A stretch of 64,000 bases of DNA from a virus, in the IMG/VR virus record IMGVR_UViG_3300047311_000826, positions 1 through 64,000 of that record, one strand, 5' to 3'. The translations under genes and the position numbers were made by a program. The notes under the pieces are model-generated. The model was not told the origin of the DNA and searched no databases. It worked only from the letters and a program-made list of their open reading frames with translations. Below are positions 9,368 to 17,600 of the stretch, one piece after another; positions within the stretch are counted from its first letter, which is position 1; every line of letters starts with the position of its first letter.

Positions 9368-9638
9368 GGCCCTTCCCCTTCATGACCTTGCCCACCTTGC
9401 CACCCTTGCGGAACCCCATGGGCGGGGAAGGCGGCACGGAGGGCGAGCCGGAGCCGCTGGGAGCCCCTGGCGCGCCCGCCACCGGACCGCCGCCGCCACC
9501 GGCCAGGCCCATGCCGGGCGGCGGCAGGGGCGCCGTGGGCAGCGCGCCCCTGGAAGGCGGTGGCCGGCCACCACCGCCACCGGATTTGGATGGAGAGGCC
9601 TTGGACTTCATACCGGGCAACGTCGTGGGCCGTTTCAT
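9357..9638 (-). CDS. hypothetical Gly/Pro-rich basic protein (93 aa)
   Basis: ORF track. ATGA overlap with the upstream stop at 9635-9638. Low-complexity sequence. Confidence 0.4.
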   Translation of the reverse strand: MKRPTTLPGMKSKASPSKSGGGGGRPPPSRGALPTAPLPPPGMGLAGGGGGPVAGAPGAPSGSGSPSVPPSPPMGFRKGGKVGKVMKGKGRGR

Positions 9639-9793
9639 TTGCGCTTCCCATACATCTGCCGCTGGCCGGCCTTGTCCTCGGCGCGGTCGCGTGGGGTTTT
9701 CTCATAGGCTTTCATCGAGACGCCCATCTTCCTGGCGCCCGCCTTGTCCTTTTTGATGTCGGCGGGCGAGCCTTCGTAAACACGTTTCGCCAT
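9635..9793 (-). CDS. candidate resident small Lys-rich protein (52 aa), in frame with the endonuclease ORF
   Basis: An internal ATG at 9793 is preceded by AAAGGAG with 5 nt of spacing, and a dispersed-motif copy lies just upstream (9819-9835). The sequence starts MAKRVYEGSPADIKKDKAG. By eye the GC content returns to phage level here. Confidence 0.4.
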   Translation of the reverse strand: MAKRVYEGSPADIKKDKAGARKMGVSMKAYEKTPRDRAEDKAGQRQMYGKRK

Positions 9794-10585
9794 GACAACT
9801 CCTTTTGGTCGGAGGCGGTAACTACGGTCGTAATCTCGTTTCCAGGCTTTCAGGTCCGCGTCGGTCTTACGTCCCTGACGATCCCACCGCGCGACCAATG
9901 ACGGCTTCACGATGCCTTTCTGCTTCTCCGACGACCGCTCGAACCCACAGGCACGGCATCCTTGCTGGCGCGACACCAGCATGTTCACCGTCACGCTATG
10001 CACCGCGTCGTGCTTCGCGCAATGGATCGTGATCTTGTCCTTGGTCTTGGTGCCAGCCAACGATTGAAGCATCCAATGCGGGCTGGCGGCGGCGATCATC
10101 GCCTCGATGTCTTCCTGGGTGCGGCGCTTCTTCGCGCGCACGGCGCTCATCATCTCACTCTGACGTTCGGCGGCGCCGGGTGCCTCCCAACGAACCTTGC
10201 GTCCGTAGGCCAGCCGTTCAGCGAGCAACTCTTTATTCGCTGGTTCAGAAGCCCACGCACGTTTACGTGTAACAGCTTCAGCTGAGAACACGGCACCTCT
10301 GTTAGACGTCACCACGTAACGAATATTATAACCTGGCTTCAGCGTATTTACCCAATGCTGCTCCCGCGCTTCCAGGAACTCGACCGGGCATTCTTCCAAT
10401 ATACCAGTCTCGAACGCATCCCAGCCGCCCGAATGTTTGAACGCGGCGGCCAGGCGTGAGTTATGCGACTCACCCCGTTCCAGCTTCCACTGGTGTGTCT
10501 TCAGCCTGTGATCGATCCGTGTCGCGATGCCGACATACATCTTTCCGCTCTCCCGGTGGCGGATGAAATATACCCCTGATGCCAT
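9635..10585 (-). mobile_element. free-standing GIY-YIG homing-endonuclease gene (316-aa ORF)
   Basis: The N-terminus GVYFIRHRESGKMYVGIA..R...H....ESHNSRL...E..W...LKPGYNI gives the GIY-YIG, Arg, Glu and Asn motifs. A central C..H...C..C element follows. The 10.26-10.67 kb segment is visibly lower in GC. The gene has its own promoter-like element and lies directly after the capsid gene. Confidence 0.85.
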
Positions 10586-10616
10586 TTGCTGGTCCTCACT
10601 CCTTGGTGAAGTCGGT

Positions 10617-10645
10617 TATATAACCAACCTAACCGAAAGTGTAAA
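10617..10645 (-). promoter_or_regulatory. sigma70-like promoter candidate for the GIY-YIG gene
   Basis: On the minus strand: TTTACA (plus 10640-10645), a 17-nt spacer, then TATATA (plus 10617-10622). It overlaps the 12-bp palindrome GGTTATATAACC (10614-10625). AAGGAG lies upstream of the ATG at 10585. Confidence 0.4.
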
Positions 10646-10673
10646 GATGCAAAAGTCATCAGGGATATAAAAC

Positions 10674-11615
10674 TCAGCCTCGGATTGCGTAAAGCTCTGT
10701 AATTGCTATACCATCCAGAACCTTACTGGCGTATACCTGGAGCCCACGAAGCAGCGTACTGAACGAACGTTCGCTCCTCATTTGCTCAAGTTTCGTGATC
10801 TGGCTGGCGAAGGTGAGCCCGTGCGGGTGCCCGGCGAACACGCGGAACGCGGTCGCCGCGCCCTCGGCCGCCGTCGGCAGCAGGTTGGACGAGTAGAGCG
10901 TGAAGCGGTCGATCATGCCCAGGCGCCCGTTGCGCGTCATCGACACCCCGTCGCCCGATATGGATGCGTTGCGCAGGTCGGACTTCTTGATCATCGCCGC
11001 CACCCACGGCGGGATGACCAGCCAGCGCCCCGTCTCCGGGATGTTCTGCTCGTCCAGCACGGTGCCCATGTCGACGATGCTGTCGACGACGTTGAGCGGG
11101 GTCACCGCGATGGGCGCGCCGGTGGCGCCCAGGTTGATGTTGAGCGAGATGCGCCCCGCCGTGGCGCCCTTGTTGGCGGCGACGATGCCGGCGTCGATGG
11201 TGGTCAGCACGTCGGTGTCGATGACGATCTTCATCTGCTCCGAGGCATCGTCGGACCACAGGGAGAGCAGGTTGATGTCGCTCTGCACCTCCATGATGTC
11301 GTCCAGCGCCTCGTTGAAGTACTTCGCCTTGTCGATGGTGAAGTCGACGATGTTGGAGCTGGGCCGCTCGATCAGCAGGTCCTGGTTGACCTGATAATCG
11401 CGGATCGTGATGGTCGGCTTGGTGCGGATATGCACCACGTCGCCCTGGTTCTTGATCTCGCCTTCGTAGTCGGTGTTGGCGATGGCCGACAACACGGTGG
11501 CGGAATAGAACTTCTCGATCAGCTTACCGGACCAGATCTCGGGAATGAACGTGCCGTGGTAGGCGGGCGTCTGGTTGGCGCCAGCCCACGGGGTGGCTGC
11601 TATGGTGATGGCCAT
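10674..11615 (-). CDS. major capsid protein (P22-coat-like / HK97-fold)
   Basis: 313 aa. FIPEIWSGKLIEKFY...NTDYEGEIKNQGDVVHIRT is typical of the P22 coat-like family. It follows the scaffold gene and has an AAAGGAG ribosome-binding site. Confidence 0.8.
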   Translation of the reverse strand: MAITIAATPWAGANQTPAYHGTFIPEIWSGKLIEKFYSATVLSAIANTDYEGEIKNQGDVVHIRTKPTITIRDYQVNQDLLIERPSSNIVDFTIDKAKYFNEALDDIMEVQSDINLLSLWSDDASEQMKIVIDTDVLTTIDAGIVAANKGATAGRISLNINLGATGAPIAVTPLNVVDSIVDMGTVLDEQNIPETGRWLVIPPWVAAMIKKSDLRNASISGDGVSMTRNGRLGMIDRFTLYSSNLLPTAAEGAATAFRVFAGHPHGLTFASQITKLEQMRSERSFSTLLRGLQVYASKVLDGIAITELYAIRG

Positions 11616-11645
11616 TGGAGGCCGCTCCTTTCATACGCATGATTG

Positions 11646-12686
11646 TCATGACTGACGGAAGCGTCCTTCCATGGGCGCGGCGATGATGTCGCGTTCGATA
11701 CGGTCGGCTTCCGCCTCGCGTCCCGTCCAGCGACCTTGCTGCTTTTGCCTGTAGAAGGAGTTTACATCAGCCGCCGTCCAGATGCGTTGCTCGGGAGCGC
11801 CGGGCGCTGGCGACGAGACCGCTCGGCCTCGACCCGGCACCGCCAGATCAGCGAGGGGTAACCGGTCCGCCGGAGGGGTCACCTCGGTCTGGACTGGCTG
11901 TATCCCCGGCCTCTGGCCGACCACGGTCTGCTCGTTCTTGTACGCTCGGAAAAAAGCGACTGTGCGGGCGGCGTCGCCCGCGTTGTAGGCTTCATCGATC
12001 ATCTGCTTACGCTTCCGACCGCTGAACATATCCATCTGGTCGAGCCAGAGGATGAAGTTGGGGTCGTGATTGATCACGTCCCAATCCGGTATGTCACGCG
12101 CCAGCGCGGCGTCGACGCGGTTCTGCATGGAGAAACTCGCCAGCTGCTGGTTGCCGCCCTCGACGGACAGCACGCGGCGCTCCAGGTCCTGGATCATCGG
12201 CGCCAGTCTGGCCTCGGTCCAGCGCTGCGTCGCCTCGATCAGGTCCTGGCCATAGGTGTCGACGTCCTCGCGCGGGATCTCGCGCACGGGCGGCGGCAAG
12301 GGGCGCGTCCGTGGTTGTTCGAACGTCTCCTCGGCGCGCCTGGGCTGGACATTCATCTGCGCGATCATTGTCTGTAACGAGTTTATCTGGCCGCGCAACT
12401 CGGGGATCTCTGAATTATATTTACCTTGCAACGTATTATAACGCTGCTCCCAGTCCACCGTGGGTTGCTGCCTTGATGGTTCCGGTTCCGGTGGCGGCGT
12501 CAGCTCGAACGGCTGGCCCGGGGTCTCCTCCTCGCCATTCACGACCGGAGTGACGCCCTCCCCGGCGTCGCCCTCGTCCAGGGGGCGGACATTGGCGACG
12601 CCGGCCTCGCGCGCCAGCTCATCGGCGCGGGCCGATGCACGTCGAACCGCGTCGGGGATATGCGGCGCGTAGTTGGTCTCAGACAT
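11646..12686 (-). CDS. putative scaffolding protein
   Basis: 346 aa, acidic and Pro-rich at the N-terminus and helix-rich at the C-terminus. It lies between the portal-side genes and the capsid gene. Inference is from position only. Confidence 0.45.
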   Translation of the reverse strand: MSETNYAPHIPDAVRRASARADELAREAGVANVRPLDEGDAGEGVTPVVNGEEETPGQPFELTPPPEPEPSRQQPTVDWEQRYNTLQGKYNSEIPELRGQINSLQTMIAQMNVQPRRAEETFEQPRTRPLPPPVREIPREDVDTYGQDLIEATQRWTEARLAPMIQDLERRVLSVEGGNQQLASFSMQNRVDAALARDIPDWDVINHDPNFILWLDQMDMFSGRKRKQMIDEAYNAGDAARTVAFFRAYKNEQTVVGQRPGIQPVQTEVTPPADRLPLADLAVPGRGRAVSSPAPGAPEQRIWTAADVNSFYRQKQQGRWTGREAEADRIERDIIAAPMEGRFRQS

Positions 12687-12951
12687 TCACCCCAACCCTT
12701 TTACTCGACACGGTCATCTTCGACTGGCTCACGTGCTTGTCGTTGAACGCCGAGTCCATCGCCTGCCAGGTGTGCAGAAATCCGCGCGCGTAGGCGCTCT
12801 TGTCGACGCGCGTGGTGACGTCGGCGTCGAGCGAGGAGATCATCATGTTCTGCGCGAACACCTCGTAAGCGTCGAGGAACCGCTCGAAATGCGGGTTGCC
12901 CCGCAGTTCCTTGATCGCCGTGACGGCTTCCGATCCGAGATTAACGCTCAC
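12679..12951 (-). CDS. hypothetical head-module protein (90 aa)
   Basis: ORF track. The GTG start overlaps the upstream stop (GTGA). Confidence 0.45.
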   Translation of the reverse strand: MSVNLGSEAVTAIKELRGNPHFERFLDAYEVFAQNMMISSLDADVTTRVDKSAYARGFLHTWQAMDSAFNDKHVSQSKMTVSSKRVGVNV

Positions 12952-13124
12952 GTCCTTGATCGCTCCAAATACGCCCGCAATCGGGCCCTGGTGACATAAC
13001 CCACGATCTTACCGCAACGGATACACTGGCCGCCGCAGCCGCCCGCGTCCTCGTAATGCCGGCACGGACACTGGCCCCAGCACCCATCAAGCACGCGGCG
13101 CCACCACGGTCGCTCATCAATCAT
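12948..13124 (-). CDS. small Cys-rich (zinc-ribbon-like) protein of 58 aa, missing from the ORF track
   Basis: My translation is MIDERPWWRRVLDGCWGQCPCRHYEDAGGCGGQCIRCGKIVGYVTRARLRAYLERSRT. ATGA overlap with the upstream stop (13121-13124) and TGA/GTG overlap downstream. Confidence 0.55.
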   Translation of the reverse strand: MIDERPWWRRVLDGCWGQCPCRHYEDAGGCGGQCIRCGKIVGYVTRARLRAYLERSRT

Positions 13125-13456
13125 TCCAGGTCCGTGTTTTTCATACTGTAATCCTTGTCCGACGCGCCCGCCGTGCCGAGCTTGCCGGGCCCCAGGCCGC
13201 CCCGGATACGCTTCATGCCGCCCATGCCGCCGCGTATGTGCGACAGCGGATCGGATTTCTTGCCATAGTGGCCCATCGACCGCGCCAGGGGATCGCCCTT
13301 GGTGAGGGTGTTCTTCATCCCCGTGTGCGGCGTGCCCATGTCGACGGCATGCGCGTTCTTGCCGCCGCCGACATGGACCGGTTCGGCGCCGGCATTGGCG
13401 GCGCCACCGCCAAACAACATGCCGCCCACGCCCGACCCGAACGATAATCCCGCCAT
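13121..13456 (-). CDS. hypothetical Gly-rich protein (111 aa)
   Basis: ORF track. Gly/Met/Lys-rich low-complexity sequence, coupled to its neighbours. Confidence 0.45.
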   Translation of the reverse strand: MAGLSFGSGVGGMLFGGGAANAGAEPVHVGGGKNAHAVDMGTPHTGMKNTLTKGDPLARSMGHYGKKSDPLSHIRGGMGGMKRIRGGLGPGKLGTAGASDKDYSMKNTDLE

Positions 13457-13457
13457 G

Positions 13458-13655
13458 TCACACCCCGCAGATGCCGTAGGTGCTGGCCGGCTTCTTCTCC
13501 GGGTTCCAGTCCGTCTTACGGATGGACCTGCCCTTCGGATAATGGCGCGAAGACCCGGTGGGGCCGGAGTTCTCGCCGCCCGACCCGCCGCCGGACATCT
13601 TCATGCTCGACGCCGAACCGGTGGCGCTTTCCATCTTGTTGCCTGAGTCAGCCAT
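13458..13655 (-). CDS. hypothetical Gly/Ser-rich protein (65 aa)
   Basis: The track ORF is 13458-13682. I prefer the ATG at 13655 (MADSGNK) because AGGAGG lies 5 nt upstream. Confidence 0.45.
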   Translation of the reverse strand: MADSGNKMESATGSASSMKMSGGGSGGENSGPTGSSRHYPKGRSIRKTDWNPEKKPASTYGICGV

Positions 13656-13678
13656 GTCGTCCTCCTGAAGAACCCATC

Positions 13679-15952
13679 TCACGCATGTGGCAGCCCGCCA
13701 CCGGCGAACGCGTTGACGTGCGGCGCGTAATCGCTGTGCGAAGGCGGCCGCGCCAGACGTGTCTGGTTACCCTGCGCCTGGGCGCTGCCCTCGCCACCCT
13801 GGAACCCGGGCGGCACCGGTGCCGGCGGCCGCGCCGCGCCACCACCGCCACCACCGCCAGCGCCCTTCTGAGGCGGCTGGCCGGGCTGCTCCGGCTGCTG
13901 GCCGGGATGCTGGGCGTCGATGCCCTGGCCCTGGGCGTGCGCCACCATGGCCTGCCCCATCGCCTGGAGGCGCTTCTGGGCGTCCATCTGGGCCTGCAGG
14001 GTCTGGTCGTCGGGTACGATGTCGTCGGGCAGCCCCATGCCCTCGAACACCGCGCGCAGCAGGCGGGCGCGGCCGATCTCGCCGATGATCGGCGCGTCGA
14101 TGGGATTGGCGGTGATCTGCAGCGCCTGCAGCTGCTTCTGCCGGTCGGTGTCGCGCTTGCCCGACGCGGTGGACCCGAGCACGGTGACCTGCTCCTCGCC
14201 GGTCAGCAACCCCGACGTGTCGGTCAGCATGATCATGTCGTAGAAGCTCTCCAGCAGTGGCTCCAGCACGTCGGTATCGACGTTGGCGGCCACCGTCTGC
14301 AGCACCTTGGCGGCATTGCCCATGAGCATGGACAGGCCCGAGGCGGTGCGCCCGGCGCCGCCCGACAGCGACTCGCCGGTCAGGTACCTGGGTATGGCCG
14401 ACTGCTCGTCGGCCATGGTGTTCATCGAATTGATCACCAGCAGCAGTTCCTGCGTGTTGGACTGCGGCTGGAAGAAGGTCACCGGCTCGCGTTGATTACC
14501 GAGGGGGTCGCCCTGCACGTGCCAGCGCTTCCACGGGTACAGCTCGTCGCCGTTCTCGGTCGGGCTGACCATCTCGTCGTTGACGACGACCTGCGGCCCC
14601 GAGCTTATCGACAGGTTGTTGACCAGCGCCCGGTAGGCGGCGTTGGCGACCTCCTGGATGTCTTCGAGGATGTCGGGCAGCGCGTGCCCGGCGACGGTGC
14701 CCGGCACCTTCTCGAACGACGTCATGTAGAACGGATGGCGTTGTCTCGGTGACGGATTGATCTGGGTCTTTATCGTCCAGCGTCCCACGACCCAGCTCTG
14801 GATCATGTAATCGCGGTCCGCGTCCGGAATGAGTTTCGGGCTGACGCCCTGCTGGAGCAGGGTCTCGCCCTGCACGTTGCCGTGGAACTCGATCCCCTCG
14901 ATGTACTGCGAGCGGTTGAGCGATGGATCCTCGCGGCCCTCGTTGATGGCCTGCTCCGGGTCGGGCGCGTCCAGCCATTCCCGCAACCCGTTGGCGTAAT
15001 CGGCCAGCGCGCCGCGCACGGCGGCCTCGTCGTAGCCGGGCACGCCCAGCAGATCGTTGAGGTCGGCGCGGGTGTAGCGCACGCGCTGGATGATCGCGGC
15101 GTCGGACAGCGCCGAGGCGCCGGGCGACCAGTAGATGTCGAACGGATTGACCCGCTCCCAGAACATCACCGGCTTGTTCTGCATGCTGGGTCGCTGGTCG
15201 ATCCAGGTCAGCCGGGGCACCATCCTGACCACGGGTCCCTTGAGCACGGCGTAGGGGAACAGCGGCAGGTCCTGGAGGAACTCGCCCAGCGCCTGGTAGA
15301 ACCCACCCGATTTGAGCATGTCGTCCATGGCGTCGGAGGCGGCGTCGGCCTGGGTCATGGCGTTGCGCCGGGCGGCCTGCTGCGCGCTGTGCAACAGGGT
15401 CACGTAGCGCATGTGCACCTGCTCTTCCTGGGCCGGCTGGCCGGCCATCTGGAGCGTCTGCACCTCGGTCGCGATGAGCTGGATGATGGCGGCGCGCACG
15501 TCGGGCGGTATGGGCGGGTCGGCGACCGGCTCGATCTCCCAGGGCCGGGTCGGTCCCAGGTACACGTCCCGCAGGAGGGCGGTGGCGCCCCGGCTCTTGT
15601 TCGCGACGATCCTGGAATATACTTCCGATCCGCCGAAGGCCTGGATCTGCGACAGCTTATCCGAGTCGTACTTGCCTTCGAACATACGCTGCGCGCGGAG
15701 CAGACGCTGGTTCAGCGGATTGTTGCCCTGGTTGCGGTGGTTCCTGAATATCCACCATTGCTGGCGGATCCAGGACCCCAGGTCGGGCGTCTGGAGTCTC
15801 TGGCTCGCGGATAGCCTGTACGCCGCCGCCTCGCGGTCCCGGTTGTCCAGTTGCGAGGGAGAGATGACGCGCAGGAAGCCGCCATGCTCGCCCGCTGAAC
15901 GTGCCTGGGCGGGCGGCGAGGAGCTGGACAGGCCGGCCTGGGCGAGCGGCAA
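13679..15952 (-). CDS. portal protein (putative)
   Basis: 757 aa. It is the first gene of the head operon, divergent from the packaging genes and upstream of scaffold and capsid. It has a Gly-rich C-terminal tail. The call rests on size and synteny, not on a motif. Confidence 0.6.
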   Translation of the reverse strand: MPLAQAGLSSSSPPAQARSAGEHGGFLRVISPSQLDNRDREAAAYRLSASQRLQTPDLGSWIRQQWWIFRNHRNQGNNPLNQRLLRAQRMFEGKYDSDKLSQIQAFGGSEVYSRIVANKSRGATALLRDVYLGPTRPWEIEPVADPPIPPDVRAAIIQLIATEVQTLQMAGQPAQEEQVHMRYVTLLHSAQQAARRNAMTQADAASDAMDDMLKSGGFYQALGEFLQDLPLFPYAVLKGPVVRMVPRLTWIDQRPSMQNKPVMFWERVNPFDIYWSPGASALSDAAIIQRVRYTRADLNDLLGVPGYDEAAVRGALADYANGLREWLDAPDPEQAINEGREDPSLNRSQYIEGIEFHGNVQGETLLQQGVSPKLIPDADRDYMIQSWVVGRWTIKTQINPSPRQRHPFYMTSFEKVPGTVAGHALPDILEDIQEVANAAYRALVNNLSISSGPQVVVNDEMVSPTENGDELYPWKRWHVQGDPLGNQREPVTFFQPQSNTQELLLVINSMNTMADEQSAIPRYLTGESLSGGAGRTASGLSMLMGNAAKVLQTVAANVDTDVLEPLLESFYDMIMLTDTSGLLTGEEQVTVLGSTASGKRDTDRQKQLQALQITANPIDAPIIGEIGRARLLRAVFEGMGLPDDIVPDDQTLQAQMDAQKRLQAMGQAMVAHAQGQGIDAQHPGQQPEQPGQPPQKGAGGGGGGGAARPPAPVPPGFQGGEGSAQAQGNQTRLARPPSHSDYAPHVNAFAGGGLPHA

Positions 15953-15975
15953 CCGCGTTCCTCCTATGTTCCAGG

Positions 15976-16011
15976 ACGCGTGTATCGCCGGGGGCCGGCG
16001 ATATCACGCGT
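15976..16011. promoter_or_regulatory. near-perfect 16-17 bp inverted repeat in the divergent portal/terS intergenic region
   Basis: ACGCGTGTATCGCCGG (15976-15991), then GGG, then CCGGCGATATCACGCGT (15995-16011). Confidence 0.5.
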
Positions 16012-16060
16012 TTGGCACGCGCGCCATATGTGGCATATAAACCCTTGATCTGGCAACCAG

Positions 16061-16780
16061 ATGCGATGGAACCCAATGCCAAATCCTTTCAGCGCCTGGG
16101 TCATACGGGAAAAAGACGAGACCGCGACTGAGTTTTCCACGCCAGTGGAGGTGGTTGTCCCCGCGCCCCCGCCCGCTTTCGATATCCTCGATGACCTGGA
16201 AGATGAAGAAGAGGCTTCGGTCAACGCGGTCATAGACGCGACGCCCATCCTGGAGACGGGCGATGACACCCCCGACCTGTCCCCCCAGCTGTTATGGGCG
16301 TTCTGCGTCGATGTCGCGCAAAACGTGCAGAGCTTTTCGCAGATCGCCATCCGTTACGGTTTCACCGACGTATCGCGGCTGCGCGATTTCCTGCGCGACC
16401 AGCCCATGGTGCGCCGGCGCGCCAAGGAGATGCGCGCGGTGTGGGAGAGCGACGACAACGTCGACGACCGTATCAAGAAACTATCCGGCCACGCGGTGCT
16501 CGCCGCCCTCCCGGAGACCGCGAAGATCATGCTCGACCCCAGGACACCCAACGAAACCCGGCTCAACGCCATGCAGAAGCACGCCACCATCGCCGGGGTC
16601 TACAACCCGCCCGGCGCGCGCGGCGGCGCGGTGGTGGCCGGCGCCGGGCCCGGCGTGGGACGCTTCAGCGTGAACATCGTGTTCCAGAACGCCGGCAAAA
16701 CGGAAACCATCACCACCATCGAACACGCGCCCGACAGCCACGTCGAACACCCGGACAACCAGGAGATACTCACGTCATGA
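16061..16780 (+). CDS. putative terminase small subunit or DNA-binding packaging protein
   Basis: 239 aa. Acidic N-terminus and an HTH-like segment (SQIAIRYGFTDVSRLRDFL). It is the first gene of the cassette that ends with terL. The call is positional. Confidence 0.35.
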   Translation: MRWNPMPNPFSAWVIREKDETATEFSTPVEVVVPAPPPAFDILDDLEDEEEASVNAVIDATPILETGDDTPDLSPQLLWAFCVDVAQNVQSFSQIAIRYGFTDVSRLRDFLRDQPMVRRRAKEMRAVWESDDNVDDRIKKLSGHAVLAALPETAKIMLDPRTPNETRLNAMQKHATIAGVYNPPGARGGAVVAGAGPGVGRFSVNIVFQNAGKTETITTIEHAPDSHVEHPDNQEILTS

Positions 16781-17001
16781 GCACCTTGCACGACACCACG
16801 TTCGGTTACCTAAAACCAACCGACGCTCAGATGGAAACCATGGACACCACGCGCGCGCTGTTCAAGGTGTTCGTGGCCAACATCGACGACCTGCTGCCCG
16901 CCGGTCCTGATAAAACGTTCGTGCTGCGGCAACTACGCGACTGCGCGATGTGGGCGAACGTCGCGATCACGCGGAACCCCGATGGGAGTCCACGATCATG
17001 A
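16777..17001 (+). CDS. hypothetical small protein (74 aa)
   Basis: ATGA overlap with the upstream stop. The sequence is MSTLHDTTFGYLKPTDAQ...LRQLRDCAMWANVAITR, and the ..L..C.MWAN.AI motif recurs in small phage proteins. Confidence 0.5.
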   Translation: MSTLHDTTFGYLKPTDAQMETMDTTRALFKVFVANIDDLLPAGPDKTFVLRQLRDCAMWANVAITRNPDGSPRS

Positions 17002-17225
17002 ACAACACCGATATCGGTTGGGCCATCGACCAGCTACGCGCCGGAGACCGCGTGCGCCGCGCCGGATGGAACGACAAAGGCATGTATCTGACATTACAGG
17101 TTCCCGACGCGCACTCGAAGATGACGCTGCCTTACGTTTATATCAGCACCGCCCGGGGAGCCCTGGTACCCTGGGTGTGCTCACAGGCGGACCTGCTGGA
17201 CGACGACTGGGAACTGGTGGAGTGA
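16998..17225 (+). CDS. DUF2829-family protein (the family of the Thoeris anti-defence protein Tad2)
   Basis: 75 aa. AIDQLRAGDRVRRAGWNDKGMYLTLQVPD...LPYVYIST..G.LVPWVCSQADLLDDDWELVE matches the DUF2829 hallmarks (GWNGKGM...W.PSQ.DLLA.DW.IV). ATGA-coupled to the upstream gene. Confidence 0.75.
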   Translation: MNNTDIGWAIDQLRAGDRVRRAGWNDKGMYLTLQVPDAHSKMTLPYVYISTARGALVPWVCSQADLLDDDWELVE

Positions 17226-17229
17226 GATC

Positions 17230-17403
17230 ATGAGCCCGCTTGGAATAATACTCGTCGTGATCCTGATCATCGTATTGTTCGGCGGTGGTTACGGTTACCG
17301 AATGGGTTCCTGGGCCGCCTACCCACAATACGGTTACGGGTTCGGCATCGTCGGCCTGCTCATCGTGGTGTTGCTGATATTGTTGTTGCTGGGGAGGATA
17401 TGA
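17230..17403 (+). CDS. DUF3309-like small membrane protein of 57 aa, missing from the ORF track
   Basis: My translation is MSPLGIILVVILIIVLFGGGYGYRMGSWAAYPQYGYGFGIVGLLIVVLLILLLLGRI. It has two hydrophobic helices and the LLLLGRI ending typical of DUF3309. Confidence 0.6.
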   Translation: MSPLGIILVVILIIVLFGGGYGYRMGSWAAYPQYGYGFGIVGLLIVVLLILLLLGRI

Positions 17404-17600
17404 TGGACGAGGGTATCCATGATCTCACGCGCGTGGAGGAGATCCTCCACGACGCCGAGAACTCGGGACGCATGTCGAACTGGGAACAGAATTTCGTCGC
17501 CGACATGCTGGCGAAGATCGCGCAGTATGGGCGGGACACCTACATCTCGGACAGGCAGCTGACGGTCATCGACCACCTGGAAGATAAATTATACTCATGA
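17400..17600 (+). CDS. hypothetical protein (66 aa)
   Basis: ORF track. Overlaps both neighbours by 4 nt. Confidence 0.5.
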   Translation: MMDEGIHDLTRVEEILHDAENSGRMSNWEQNFVADMLAKIAQYGRDTYISDRQLTVIDHLEDKLYS

